From a virus (Duplodnaviria; Caudoviricetes), in IMG/VR virus record IMGVR_UViG_3300025326_000088, positions 1 through 42,109 of that record: 42,109 nucleotides of DNA; one strand, 5' to 3'. The translations under genes were made by a program, and so were the position numbers. Below, in pieces: positions 1 through 9,876 of this stretch. The notes beneath the pieces are model-generated. The model did no database searches and was not told the DNA's origin. It saw only the letters and a list, made by a program, of their open reading frames with translations. How positions within the stretch are numbered: the stretch's first letter is position 1; each line of letters begins with the position of its first letter.

Positions 1-225
1 TTTGATGAAGATGTTCCTTATGTTCATAAATTGTGGGATTGGGCAATAGCTTCTATAATGGAGGGGCAAGATTTCTTTAATGCTTATTTTGAACCAGAAG
101 GATTAGAACTTGTTTCGGTAAGACTTGTTAGTGGAAAAGGTGACACAGAAGTCGCTGAGACCATTTTAACTACAAAAGAAATTGAAACTAAACAAGAAAA
201 ATTAAAATCTGTTAAATCTAAATAA
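1..225 (+). CDS. 3' end of a hypothetical protein (5'-truncated by window edge)
   Basis: Frame +1 is open from base 1 (FDEDVPYVHKLWDW...) to TAA 223-225; converges on the minus-strand arm. Confidence 0.6.
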   Translation, partial: FDEDVPYVHKLWDWAIASIMEGQDFFNAYFEPEGLELVSVRLVSGKGDTEVAETILTTKEIETKQEKLKSVKSK

Positions 226-286
226 TGTTTGCTTGGAAAACATGGGTAAAAATAAAATCTCTTTTGCTCATGTTTTCTACGAATCA

Positions 287-502
287 TTAATCCTCCAGAG
301 GTATTAAATCCTCTCTTGTTACAATAATATCTGGATGTCCCTTAATACGATATCGTCTTTTTTTATACTGTAATTTTTTTTGCATCTCAATTTGACATTT
401 TGGTTTGCCACATTGAACTTGTTTGCGATGGTATGGTTCAAATAACTTTCCACAAAATATACATTTTTTTTCTTTTAATGCTTCTGATTTTGCTGTTCCC
501 AT
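287..502 (-). CDS. Small putative Zn-binding protein
   Basis: CIFC...QVQCGKPKC cysteine pattern, basic C-terminus, start overlaps upstream stop. Confidence 0.6.
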   Translation of the reverse strand: MGTAKSEALKEKKCIFCGKLFEPYHRKQVQCGKPKCQIEMQKKLQYKKRRYRIKGHPDIIVTREDLIPLED

Positions 503-981
503 TATTTTATTCCTTTTTTTAATAATTCTGGATTTTCGTAGATATTGCCGATAATTTCAATTTCTTCATTATTTGGCTGTACGTTTGCGAATAATTGCAA
601 AGCATTACATTCGCAATAAATTAATGGTTCAAGGTCAAAAGCTGGATATTCATCTCCCCATATTACCGCATGAATCGTGAAATCATTTAATTCTGATTCA
701 GCTTCATCATAATAACTATATGCTTTAACAATGTCACCTTCATAAATTTCTTTGTTATTTCTATCCAATAATCCGGTGAATTGCATTAACTCAAATTCGC
801 CTTTATCCTTTGAAAAACCATCCCAATCACCATCACCTTCTTCATTAATTTGAATATATTCATAAATTTCTATAAATGAAAGTTCATTTTTTTGATCCCA
901 TCTTATTTCAGAAAGAACACCATGTTTAGGATGCATTGATTTATTAATTTTATCCCATACTCTAAATTTAATTTTCCTCAT
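502..981 (-). CDS. YopX family phage protein
   Basis: IKFRVWDK, ELMQFTGLLDRNNKEIYEGDIV and IIGNIYENPELL motifs; start moved to the ATG at 981. Confidence 0.9.
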   Translation of the reverse strand: MRKIKFRVWDKINKSMHPKHGVLSEIRWDQKNELSFIEIYEYIQINEEGDGDWDGFSKDKGEFELMQFTGLLDRNNKEIYEGDIVKAYSYYDEAESELNDFTIHAVIWGDEYPAFDLEPLIYCECNALQLFANVQPNNEEIEIIGNIYENPELLKKGIK

Positions 982-991
982 AATGACATCT

Positions 992-1105
992 CTATTTAAA
1001 GATTTCTTTAATTTCTTCAATTGCTTCTATTATCAGTGGATAAAGAAAAAATGCTAATGTAATTGCAATTATAAATGTTAATATATTTAATATTAGCTTT
1101 TTCAT
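992..1105 (-). CDS. Small single-TM membrane protein (37 aa)
   Basis: Read by hand: MKKLILNILTFIIAITLAFFLYPLIIEAIEEIKEIFK with GGAG RBS; below ORF-track cutoff. Confidence 0.5.
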   Translation of the reverse strand: MKKLILNILTFIIAITLAFFLYPLIIEAIEEIKEIFK

Positions 1106-1484
1106 CTGTTTCTCCCATATTTTCTGAAATATTAAGATTTTTGTTGACTTGCATGAAAACTTTTGATTTCTATAGATAAGAAACGACTTTCCTTAATGAG
1201 TTTAAGGAATCTCTAATATGATTCATTAAATGAATTTATAACCTCTTAGAATTGATCGTAGAGCTTATTTTAGAATACTCATTTTTAGTTAAGTCTATTA
1301 TCTATTATTAGTTAAATCTTTTTTTAATCCTCCAATATGTCCTGATAATTATATTCATCATCTGGATTTGATTTTATTTCCTCTTTACAATAAATACAAA
1401 TGTTATTTTCATTTAATTTATGTTGACAAGATTTTTCTGGTTCTGTCGTTTTCCATACATCATAATTTAACAAATAATTATTCA

Positions 1485-1808
1485 TTATTCATCTATTGTT
1501 TTTTGAATTGTTTTTATTTCTGGAACTTCATCACCCCAAATTTTGGCTTCATCTGAAATGATTTTGGCAATTACTGGATGATTGCGGCAATTATCATCTA
1601 ATTTTATCTTACCAGTTCGCCCATATTCCAACGTTATAACTTCTGCTACATTAGGGCTACATACAGCAGCTCCTTCTTCATGGTAATAACGATATTCCCA
1701 ATCAATTCGTTCGTTGTTAACTATACTAATTTTACTACCACAATTGGTTAATCCATCATAATTATCCAACAAAATTTTTTCCGTTAATTTCATATCATTA
1801 TCCTCCAA
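1485..1808 (-). CDS. Hypothetical phage protein
   Basis: 107-aa ORF coupled to the upstream gene. Confidence 0.6.
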   Translation of the reverse strand: MEDNDMKLTEKILLDNYDGLTNCGSKISIVNNERIDWEYRYYHEEGAAVCSPNVAEVITLEYGRTGKIKLDDNCRNHPVIAKIISDEAKIWGDEVPEIKTIQKTIDE

Positions 1809-2274
1809 TTAAATAAGATTTTCTTAAATTAATTAATCCATTTTTTACATCAAGATTTAACATAACTCGTAAATCATTTTGTAATTCTTCCCATTTAACT
1901 CTTCCTTCTGTTGTGCTTTTCCAATATAAAAAGTCATGTAATTCAATAAACAATATTTTATTAATTTCTCTTTCTTTCCATAAATGAATAGCAATATAAG
2001 AATAACCACCGTTTTTATCTACTTCTATAAGATTTTCTATTTGATGTTTTTTAACATCTTCAAAGCTAAAACTTGTTCCATTTTTTAATAGTTTCGCTTC
2101 TATTGCGAGTAAATTACTTTTCCAGTAATATAGAATATCAAATGGTCTTTTAATCATAAACCTGCTTTTTTCTCCGCCACTCATACCTACATCGGTTGGT
2201 TTATGATACCAGCCATCGGGATATTCTATTTGTAAACTATTTTTAATAATTTGATGAGTTTGTATTTCTTTCAA
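1798..2274 (-). CDS. recU: RecU-like Holliday junction resolvase (PD-(D/E)xK)
   Basis: PFD...AIEAK...F..VKKHQIENL...GGYSYI pattern typical of RecU. Confidence 0.8.
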   Translation of the reverse strand: MKEIQTHQIIKNSLQIEYPDGWYHKPTDVGMSGGEKSRFMIKRPFDILYYWKSNLLAIEAKLLKNGTSFSFEDVKKHQIENLIEVDKNGGYSYIAIHLWKEREINKILFIELHDFLYWKSTTEGRVKWEELQNDLRVMLNLDVKNGLINLRKSYLIGG

Positions 2275-3602
2275 AAATGTCCTCCAGGCAATTTGGCTAA
2301 CTTAGCATAATTTTTTCTGGTTACAGAATCTACATCTAATTCATAATAAATACCATATTCTGGTTTAATTGAAACTAATTTAATTCCTGTTTCTGCAAAT
2401 CGTTGTTTGCCATCTATGATTTCTATTATATTTTTGAATGCTGGTATTTTTTGATTTTTGTAAAAATAATACAGCATCCATATCTTTGCCGCCCATTTAT
2501 CTATGGCTTTACTAAACCATATTTGCCAAGGTTCAGGACGTTTGGAAACAGTTTCCATCCATGCCACAAGAACTATTGCACAACCAACCTGTTTAGATAT
2601 TTGTTTTAAATGTTTTAAAATAATTGGAATACCATGTTGTGGCATTTGAATTTCACCACTTCCCGGCATTTCCATGCCTTGAATAGTATCAATTATAACA
2701 ATATCCGGTTGTATTTTTCTAATCCAAAGTTTTATCTCTGCAAGTTCAGTTTCTTTTTCACGGATTACAAGTTGTTTTGTTTTAAGAAATTTCTTTTCAA
2801 TGTTATACATTTCATCTTTGACTATTTTATATTCTTCTGGTGTCATCCTGCCTTCTGGAAATTCTTTAGAATAATTGCTTTCAACAATTAAATTACTATT
2901 AACCTTGGTTCGTAATGAAGTTAATTTTTGTATAGTTTCACGGTAATTACCATCGACCGGGAACATAAGAACACGATAACCACGTTCAAGCCATTCATTT
3001 GTCATGAATATAGTTAAAGTTGTTTTTGTATGTCCAGTGTCACCTGCTATCACGTTTATGTTTTCTCGAAGAATACCATGAAACAACCGTTTCATTGTAT
3101 GATCTTTAAATTCAATAATTGGTTGAGAAGTTAAAATATCCTCAATGCTTTCTTCCTCATGTAAGTTTGATTCTAACACTTCAATTATTTTATCAATGTA
3201 TGACTCTATTACCGAAAAATTAATATCTTCTTTTTGTGAAACTTTATGAGCTTTGTCTAAAATATATTCTAATTCTCGTCGTTTCCAATTATAAATAATA
3301 AAATTAACATCATCTTCCCAGCCACTTATTGTTTTATTTATTTTTAATCTGTTAATTATTTTTTCATTTGCATCAGAATCTTTATGAAATTGAGCCATTT
3401 TAAATTCAAGAGTAACTTCATTTATTTGTTTCTGATCTCTCCATAAAACGGCTATTGATCTAAATAATTCTGCAACTATTTTATTATCTGGTTGAAAATG
3501 TTTAAGTTCAATTCTTTCAAAAACTTTTGGCAAATCTTCTTGATATTTATACATATTTAACACAAGATCAAATTCATACATAGCAAGTTTTTTATTTAGC
3601 AT
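2271..3602 (-). CDS. dnaB: DnaB-like replicative helicase
   Basis: Helical N-domain, Walker A-like AGDTGHTKTT, Walker B PDIVIIDTIQ, LKQISKQVGCAIVLVA and KQRFAETG motifs. Confidence 0.8.
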   Translation of the reverse strand: MLNKKLAMYEFDLVLNMYKYQEDLPKVFERIELKHFQPDNKIVAELFRSIAVLWRDQKQINEVTLEFKMAQFHKDSDANEKIINRLKINKTISGWEDDVNFIIYNWKRRELEYILDKAHKVSQKEDINFSVIESYIDKIIEVLESNLHEEESIEDILTSQPIIEFKDHTMKRLFHGILRENINVIAGDTGHTKTTLTIFMTNEWLERGYRVLMFPVDGNYRETIQKLTSLRTKVNSNLIVESNYSKEFPEGRMTPEEYKIVKDEMYNIEKKFLKTKQLVIREKETELAEIKLWIRKIQPDIVIIDTIQGMEMPGSGEIQMPQHGIPIILKHLKQISKQVGCAIVLVAWMETVSKRPEPWQIWFSKAIDKWAAKIWMLYYFYKNQKIPAFKNIIEIIDGKQRFAETGIKLVSIKPEYGIYYELDVDSVTRKNYAKLAKLPGGHF

Positions 3603-3657
3603 TCTTTATTTCCTTAATTTCCCATGAAATTATTCCATTTTTCATAAAGAGTTTCCA

Positions 3658-4602
3658 TTATTTTAACAGACTCATTTGTTTATTTTTCTCAAAATTTGTT
3701 ATAACAAGTTCAATTGCTTTTCTATTATTACCTAACATAGAAGAATATGTAAATGATATTTCATGTTGTTCAAAATCCTTATACAATTCTCTGATTAACG
3801 GAACATTATCATAAGTAATTAAAAACATATTACCCATTCTATCCACCTGTTTCATGTAAGTAGCTAAAAATCTATGATCTTTTTCTTCAAAAATATGTTC
3901 ATAATATATTCCAGAATCAGACACAACATAAGGTGGATCAAGAAAAAATAAAACTTTTTTGTTAGGTTTATTATATTTTTGTAATATTGCAAGCCAGTCT
4001 TTATTTTCAATTAACACGCCTTGCAATTTTTCTCTTGAACGGATTAATTGTTGGAATACTGTTACGCTTATATCGGAATAATTGTAGGCAAAAGCTGCGA
4101 GTTGCATATCATTGTTAAAATAATTTATGTTTAAATGAAAATAAATTGCTGCCCTAAGTTCTTCGGGTAAATCGTTCCATTTTTGCAAACCTTTATCTTT
4201 TAACATTCTTTGATGTTGTTTAAACATTACAGTAGAATTAAGTGTATGAAATAAATGAAACAAAAAATCTTCAAACATTGGACCAGATACGACTCGAAAT
4301 AAATTAACAAGATTATCGTTAATATCATTTATAATATTATACTTGACTTTTTTCTTTGCAAAAAATACAGATGCACTCCCCATGAACAATTCAACATAAG
4401 TTTCATGTGGTGGCATAATAGATATTAATTCTTTAGCTATGCGTTTTTTACCACCGATCCAACCGATAAAACCATCAGTATTTATTCTTGGGACACGATT
4501 AACTTTTACAAAAATGTTTTTTATAACAACATCTTTATAAGATGCGCTTGCTTGTTGAAGATTAAAACCAGTTTGATTTTTATTTTGTTTTTTCTTTGTC
4601 AT
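3658..4602 (-). CDS. DNA adenine methyltransferase (Dam/D12 class, N6-adenine)
   Basis: WIGGK, YVELFMGSASVF (SAM binding), INDIN, FFLDPPY catalytic motif. Confidence 0.92.
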   Translation of the reverse strand: MTKKKQNKNQTGFNLQQASASYKDVVIKNIFVKVNRVPRINTDGFIGWIGGKKRIAKELISIMPPHETYVELFMGSASVFFAKKKVKYNIINDINDNLVNLFRVVSGPMFEDFLFHLFHTLNSTVMFKQHQRMLKDKGLQKWNDLPEELRAAIYFHLNINYFNNDMQLAAFAYNYSDISVTVFQQLIRSREKLQGVLIENKDWLAILQKYNKPNKKVLFFLDPPYVVSDSGIYYEHIFEEKDHRFLATYMKQVDRMGNMFLITYDNVPLIRELYKDFEQHEISFTYSSMLGNNRKAIELVITNFEKNKQMSLLK

Positions 4603-4828
4603 CGTTCATCTCTTTAGTTAAAAATTCTTTTGTTTTAATTAATAATTCTTCAAAAGAAGTTGCATTTATTTTTTGCTCCCCTTTAGTGTTTCTATTTTCA
4701 AAATAGATTGTTGCTGATATGGAAGTTTTGCTTATCCAAAACACTATACGTTCAACACAATTATGCTGAAATGGATTGTTTAAAGTGGAAATATAACTTT
4801 CTTTATTCTTTAATTTTAAATCAAACAT
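4580..4828 (-). CDS. Hypothetical protein
   Basis: ORF in a tightly coupled operon. Confidence 0.6.
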   Translation of the reverse strand: MFDLKLKNKESYISTLNNPFQHNCVERIVFWISKTSISATIYFENRNTKGEQKINATSFEELLIKTKEFLTKEMNDDKEKTK

Positions 4829-5214
4829 TATAACACCAAATTTATATTTACATCATATTGTCCGTCATCATCCGTAAATTGATTAAAAAATCTGTAAGCA
4901 TCGTAATTCGTATCATTTGTTTTAAACAAAGTTGGTGCTTCTTCTTTGTCAATTAATTTCATTATCCATTTACCAAGAACTTTTCTTTCTTCATCTGGAA
5001 TGCCACCAATACAAGTATAAATCCAAAATGTAATTAAATCTCCAAATGTACTTTGACTAACATTAATTTTAATTACAGATTTTAATTCTTTTTCTGTTTC
5101 AAGAATTTTGTTATACCATAATTTATACCTACGAAGCCATTTTTCTACATCATGTTCTACATATTTAAAACTTTCTGAAAGCATTTTTGCTTTACTGTTC
5201 TTTCGCTTTGCCAC
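4828..5214 (-). CDS. Hypothetical protein
   Basis: 128-aa ORF overlapping its neighbours. Confidence 0.65.
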   Translation of the reverse strand: MAKRKNSKAKMLSESFKYVEHDVEKWLRRYKLWYNKILETEKELKSVIKINVSQSTFGDLITFWIYTCIGGIPDEERKVLGKWIMKLIDKEEAPTLFKTNDTNYDAYRFFNQFTDDDGQYDVNINLVL

Positions 5215-5554
5215 TTTCAGTTGCCTCGATTTTAATTTTATATCCTTCTTCTTTTAAAATTTGTATAGCTTCTGCAATTTTAGTTGGTTTTTTTATTTTA
5301 GAAAGTTCTTTGTTTTTCTCTTCCAAATATTCAATTTTTGTTTCAGCAGCTTTAAGTAATTTGGAATATTTAATAATTTTATCATTCATTTGTGTTATTA
5401 AATCATTCCAAAATGTAACTTGATTTAAATTTATTCCGCTGTAAAGTTTTGCATGCAATTCAACTTTTATTTCTGGCGAAACAATTAACTTTGTTATATC
5501 TTTTACAACTTTCTTTTCTTTTTTTTCTTCTGTCAATTGTACATTCCTTCCCAT
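5192..5554 (-). CDS. Hypothetical coiled-coil protein
   Basis: 120-aa ORF with a charged helical C-half. Confidence 0.65.
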   Translation of the reverse strand: MGRNVQLTEEKKEKKVVKDITKLIVSPEIKVELHAKLYSGINLNQVTFWNDLITQMNDKIIKYSKLLKAAETKIEYLEEKNKELSKIKKPTKIAEAIQILKEEGYKIKIEATESGKAKEQ

Positions 5555-6057
5555 TCAAATATGTTTAAATTATCAGATTCTACTCCAACAATCATTTGAT
5601 ATTCTTTTTCACCATCCCAATATTGTAAAATAGTTCCTTTTTCAAAACCAATAAGAGCAAATTTAACATAGTTGACTGAAGTCATTTTTATTGCTGGTTC
5701 ATATGGCATAATTATTGTATAAAAATCTGTTGTTGGCAACATATTGTCATATCCTTTCGATAAAAGATAATGTTGATTTGGTTTAGTATTATAAAATATT
5801 TCTAAAAATATGTTTTTAGTTTCATTTTCTTTTAATTTATTTTGCCATAAATTATCTAATTCGTCCCAAAAATCAAAACCTTCTTTTGTTCTCGACCAAG
5901 TAAATGCGCTTCGTATCCAGTGTTTAGGTTTTTCGGAGAACATTTCAAATTCTTCTTTTTCTTTTTTAAGGTCTGCGAGGAACTGTTTGTCAGAGTTATA
6001 TTCTTTAAGAAATTCTATAAAGTTCCAAGCAAAGAAAATTTTTTCTGATTCCTTCAT
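5533..6057 (-). CDS. Hypothetical phage protein (AF.W..T.EG..FW motif)
   Basis: Start moved to ATG 6057 (AAGGA RBS); WIRSAFTWSRTKEGFDFW is a recurrent phage motif. Confidence 0.7.
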   Translation of the reverse strand: MKESEKIFFAWNFIEFLKEYNSDKQFLADLKKEKEEFEMFSEKPKHWIRSAFTWSRTKEGFDFWDELDNLWQNKLKENETKNIFLEIFYNTKPNQHYLLSKGYDNMLPTTDFYTIIMPYEPAIKMTSVNYVKFALIGFEKGTILQYWDGEKEYQMIVGVESDNLNIFEWEGMYN

Positions 6058-6084
6058 TTCATTTTTTCCTTTCAAATAAATTAG

Positions 6085-6240
6085 ATAACCGGTTGGCAGG
6101 ATTCGAACCTGCAAGACTGTCGTCCATATTCAGCCACGGTTTTTATCACACCGAAAAAGATATTTTTAGACGATTTAATAATTTTTGCGTCTACCATGCC
6201 TTTGCCGGCTACATATAGGCGTTTCGCCACAACCAGTTAT
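6085..6240 (-). ncRNA. tRNA-like structured RNA (Leu-type D and T arms, no canonical anticodon arm)
   Basis: Terminal stem ATAACTGGTTG/CAACCGGTTAT, perfect T-arm GCAGG-TTCGAAT-CCTGC, D-arm TGGCGAAA...GGTAGACGC with a 26-nt insertion; fills the intergenic gap. Confidence 0.75.
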
Positions 6241-6249
6241 CAAGCATTA

Positions 6250-7017
6250 CTACCAATCAACTTTTTGTTCTGCTTTTTTGCCTTCTGCCACTTCCTCGTC
6301 AGTTACTATATTTTCCGTCTTTGTTTGATATTCTCCACGAATCTTTTTCTCTGCGACAGTTAATGTTCCAAGAATAGGCCATCCAGACTCAATCCTTTGT
6401 TTAAAATCATTGGGATCGACTGGAGTTGTGCATACTATAAATTCTTTAATTTGTGTAATAATTTTATCTTTCTCGTCTCTCGTTTCAATCAATTCTTTTG
6501 GATCATAACGTCCATATTGATTTTTAACAGCTCCTTCTATTGCTTTCATCACTGGTACTTCTTTATGTATTACTGTTAATTTTGCCGGCAATCCTAACAC
6601 ACCAGGAAATTCTTTATCATCATGCGGAGTAAATACCCTTTGATTGTTTTCCATAACATGATATCCAACTGTTCCATTTTTTCTATAATTTTTAGCACCA
6701 AGAGATATCATAAATTCATTGTACATTGGACGAGTATCTGTATTCCCAATTCTTTGTACTGGAAACATTCGATTCCAGGGATCACCTTGACCATTGTTAA
6801 CTCGTGATAGGAACAATCCCGTTTTATCATGTTTCCATTTCATATTAAGAAACACTTTAAAATCTGTGCTCCTTCTTGCTCCTGGCGGATTCATTTTAAG
6901 ATTACCAAACCACATATTCCAGAGTGTAAATAATTGCTCACCTTCTGGAATTACTTCTTCTTCCGTCTGGCCTATTTGATCTTCTTGATAAGCCAACGGA
7001 TCATATTTTTCTGACAT
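6250..7017 (-). CDS. Hypothetical protein, possible single-stranded DNA-binding protein
   Basis: Beta-rich 255 aa, acidic tail ending in Trp, near a Sak-like annealase (function inferred). Confidence 0.45.
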   Translation of the reverse strand: MSEKYDPLAYQEDQIGQTEEEVIPEGEQLFTLWNMWFGNLKMNPPGARRSTDFKVFLNMKWKHDKTGLFLSRVNNGQGDPWNRMFPVQRIGNTDTRPMYNEFMISLGAKNYRKNGTVGYHVMENNQRVFTPHDDKEFPGVLGLPAKLTVIHKEVPVMKAIEGAVKNQYGRYDPKELIETRDEKDKIITQIKEFIVCTTPVDPNDFKQRIESGWPILGTLTVAEKKIRGEYQTKTENIVTDEEVAEGKKAEQKVDW

Positions 7018-7041
7018 AACATTCTCCTTTTTGGTTATAAA

Positions 7042-7704
7042 TTAAACTACAAATTTTTCTCCTGCATCATTTTTTAAATCTTCCAATTCACGTTCCGCTT
7101 CTTTTATTTTTCTTTCTGCAGAAATCTTTCCCCTGTTCATGTATCTTTCTTTTGCTCTTTCAGCTAATTCTGCAAAAGATTGTTTAACATCTCCCCAACG
7201 AGCAATTAGATATTTTTGAGAAGCTTTAAATTCGACATGCATTGCTCCAGCATTAACTGCTGCTTGCTTTGTTTCAAATTCTACTGCTTTCAAACTTTTG
7301 TTTGAATCTTCATAATATGTTTCTTCTTGATAATGTCCCATTATACCAATAGCAACTGGATCAAGTTGTTCATCATCGTACCATATTTCCATTCTTTGAA
7401 AATAATTTTCTTTTGTACTCATAGAAACCAACTTTAACACTTCAAGCGGAATTGGACTAATATTGTAATCAGCAATCTCAACACGACGTGGGCATAATTC
7501 TCTAAAAACATTTTCAAGTGTTCGTTTCATTGGAATAAATGGAATTGGAGATTTTTCAGGTTGAGCAATAACTGTTTGTCCGCTCAATTTCATTTGTTTA
7601 ACTAAATCTTTCCATTCATCCAATTTTTCATCTTCATAAATTAATTCTGTTATTTCTTCAACAAGATATGTTTCTACAACGTTTGGCAATTTATCCTGTT
7701 TCAT
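7042..7704 (-). CDS. Conserved phage hypothetical protein
   Basis: Y..SPIPLEVL...EIW....DPVAIG...YLIARWG pattern. Confidence 0.7.
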   Translation of the reverse strand: MKQDKLPNVVETYLVEEITELIYEDEKLDEWKDLVKQMKLSGQTVIAQPEKSPIPFIPMKRTLENVFRELCPRRVEIADYNISPIPLEVLKLVSMSTKENYFQRMEIWYDDEQLDPVAIGIMGHYQEETYYEDSNKSLKAVEFETKQAAVNAGAMHVEFKASQKYLIARWGDVKQSFAELAERAKERYMNRGKISAERKIKEAERELEDLKNDAGEKFVV

Positions 7705-8419
7705 TTTGTTGCTCCTTTTCTTTTAGTTTTTCTTTAAATGCTTCAACTTGGTTGCTATTTATTTCCATTAATACTTCAAATGCTTTTTCTTTTTCTTCTT
7801 CTGGTAAATCAGCCTCATGTATCATTTTTGACAATTCCCTAAATTCTTGAGAAGTTAATCCAAATGTCGATTCTTTTTTGTATGTATCATCACCATATCT
7901 TGTTAAACGATTAATAGCAAATTTTAATCCTTCGCTAATGGATGCTTTAGCTGGATTGCTTGCATGAATAACATTTCCAGCTTCATTAAAATAATATACA
8001 GCTCCACCTACACCTGGAAATGTTCTTGTATAACTTGCTACTTCCGGAGGCACACCATTCGCAACAAGAAATTTAAATTTATGAATGTCAATAATTTCCA
8101 ATTCTATTGAACTAAGAATTAATCCTGCTTTTGGTCCTTTAAATACGAGAGGCGTTCCCATTAATTTTACAGACCAACCTGGAAACAAATCATCAAGAGC
8201 GGAGCGCATGTCCACTTCTTCGAGATAATCTTCAATTAATGGTTTGCCAGTTTCTTTATCTTTTCCAATTATTCGTCTTTTAGCTTTTTGTTTAGTTTTT
8301 TTTGCTCCAATGTCTTTATAAACTGTGCTCCATGCTTTTTTTAATATTTCTATTTTTTTAGCAAAATCTTTGTCAAATAAAACAACTTCATGGTTTGTTT
8401 TTTCTAAATCTTTGGACAT
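7691..8419 (-). CDS. Rad52/Rad22-like (Sak) single-strand annealing protein
   Basis: YLEEVDMRSALDDLFPGWS and KASISEGLKFAINRL motifs. Confidence 0.7.
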   Translation of the reverse strand: MSKDLEKTNHEVVLFDKDFAKKIEILKKAWSTVYKDIGAKKTKQKAKRRIIGKDKETGKPLIEDYLEEVDMRSALDDLFPGWSVKLMGTPLVFKGPKAGLILSSIELEIIDIHKFKFLVANGVPPEVASYTRTFPGVGGAVYYFNEAGNVIHASNPAKASISEGLKFAINRLTRYGDDTYKKESTFGLTSQEFRELSKMIHEADLPEEEKEKAFEVLMEINSNQVEAFKEKLKEKEQQNETG

Positions 8420-8514
8420 GTTAATCCTCTATTAATCGTCAATAATAATCCATTCTGCTAATTCATGACAATTAATTTTACAACATAATCTTTTCGTCTT
8501 TTCTTTTTTCTTTG

Positions 8515-9291
8515 TCATCTAATCACTCCATAGGCCGCAAGAACATTAAAACATTCCTTTAGCACTCTTATATCTTCTTTATTGTACTGTTTATATAAAT
8601 AAAGTTGCTTTGCCCATTCTTCTGTTAATTCCATTGTTTTAATATTATCAAACAATTCTCCAATTTCATCTGGATAAATTTCTTTCCAATGTTTGTTTGG
8701 TTTAATATCAAGAATAGCAGCAAGTATATCTTGGGACAATACTTCTTTTCTTCCAAAAGGTGGCCAATATTCTGTATATTTCATTACATCAATGTAATTA
8801 TACGGAGCAAGATTAATTTTATACCGAACCGCTTTCAATTGAATGGAAGATATATCAAATCCAGAATATGCAACAATGATTGGACGTCGAATTTCTTCAA
8901 TCTTTTTAGCAAAATTATTAATCATATTAGACTCAGTATATTCTGTTTCATCCATCTGAATAGTTTCATAACCAATTTGATATCCCATAATCACAATACG
9001 ATTAAAGAATGGATTTACCGCATCCATTTCATCAACTTTTTGTAAGGCAGTTGTTATTCGTTCTGGTCTTTGTAAAACAAATTCTTCTTCTTTACGCTGA
9101 TTGGTTTCTTCCTTCCAATCATAACGCCATTGGTATTTTTCTCTTTCTATTTCTTTTTCTATTTTGTTTAATCTTAATTGTTTGACAACTTTATTTGAAC
9201 CTCTGCCGGTTTCAATGTCAAGAAATATATAATTACTTTGTTCTTTCTGATTTTGTTCAGTAAGCAATTTGTCTCCTAATTTCTCATCCAT
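8515..9291 (-). CDS. 3'-5' exonuclease (DEDD/PolB-exo-like, RNase H fold)
   Basis: ExoI FLDIETG, ExoII AYSGFDI, ExoIII YNKED. Confidence 0.75.
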   Translation of the reverse strand: MDEKLGDKLLTEQNQKEQSNYIFLDIETGRGSNKVVKQLRLNKIEKEIEREKYQWRYDWKEETNQRKEEEFVLQRPERITTALQKVDEMDAVNPFFNRIVIMGYQIGYETIQMDETEYTESNMINNFAKKIEEIRRPIIVAYSGFDISSIQLKAVRYKINLAPYNYIDVMKYTEYWPPFGRKEVLSQDILAAILDIKPNKHWKEIYPDEIGELFDNIKTMELTEEWAKQLYLYKQYNKEDIRVLKECFNVLAAYGVIR

Positions 9292-9292
9292 A

Positions 9293-9571
9293 TTATCGTG
9301 TCCTTTCCAAACATTCTAATGATAGCAATTTTTCTATAATCTGAATTAAAGATTCTGGATTTTTAGCCACATCTAATTCAAGCTCAACTAAATCACCTAT
9401 AATTTTTTTAGCACATGAATCACAAATTCCTTCTGCATAATATTTCCATCGTTTTTGATTATAACATTTACTTCCGGAATATGAGGGAATTGTTAATGTA
9501 AATTGAAATGATGCGAGTTGATCCAGTTCAACATCTTTCTTACATTCATTGCATATAAATTTTATTGGCAT
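9293..9571 (-). CDS. Putative Zn-finger protein
   Basis: CNEC...CDSC. Confidence 0.6.
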   Translation of the reverse strand: MPIKFICNECKKDVELDQLASFQFTLTIPSYSGSKCYNQKRWKYYAEGICDSCAKKIIGDLVELELDVAKNPESLIQIIEKLLSLECLERTR

Positions 9572-9573
9572 TA

Positions 9574-9876
9574 TTATTTACCTAAATCTATAAATATTTT
9601 TTTCTGTTTTAATACACCACTTTCAATTTGTTGTTTTATCCAGGCTTCTTTGTCTGAATCAATTTTGCTTTCTTCTTGCATTATCTGTTCTAATGAATAT
9701 CCTCTTTGATTTACAAGCCAAAGAATATCCCAATACCATTGATCATCTTTGCTAAATGTTTTATTAAGCCTTAGCTTTAATTGCCTCAACCAATAAGAAA
9801 AGCATTTTCCTTCTTGTTTTTTTTGATATTCCTGCCATGCTTTTCTAAAATATAAATTAATTAAATTCTGGTGCAA
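9574..9876 (-). CDS. Hypothetical protein
   Basis: 100-aa ORF abutting neighbours. Confidence 0.55.
   Translation of the reverse strand: MHQNLINLYFRKAWQEYQKKQEGKCFSYWLRQLKLRLNKTFSKDDQWYWDILWLVNQRGYSLEQIMQEESKIDSDKEAWIKQQIESGVLKQKKIFIDLGK

Noticed and set aside
1-225. Window is a complete circular genome with the last ORF continuing into base 1
   Set aside because: The frames are compatible, but that is a 1-in-3 coincidence. No terminal overlap was seen, and tail fibre and endolysin genes are not evident. Needs read evidence.
6085-6240. Canonical tRNA-Leu or tmRNA
   Set aside because: No clear anticodon stem with a 7-nt loop, a large D-loop insertion, and too short for tmRNA with no tag ORF evident.
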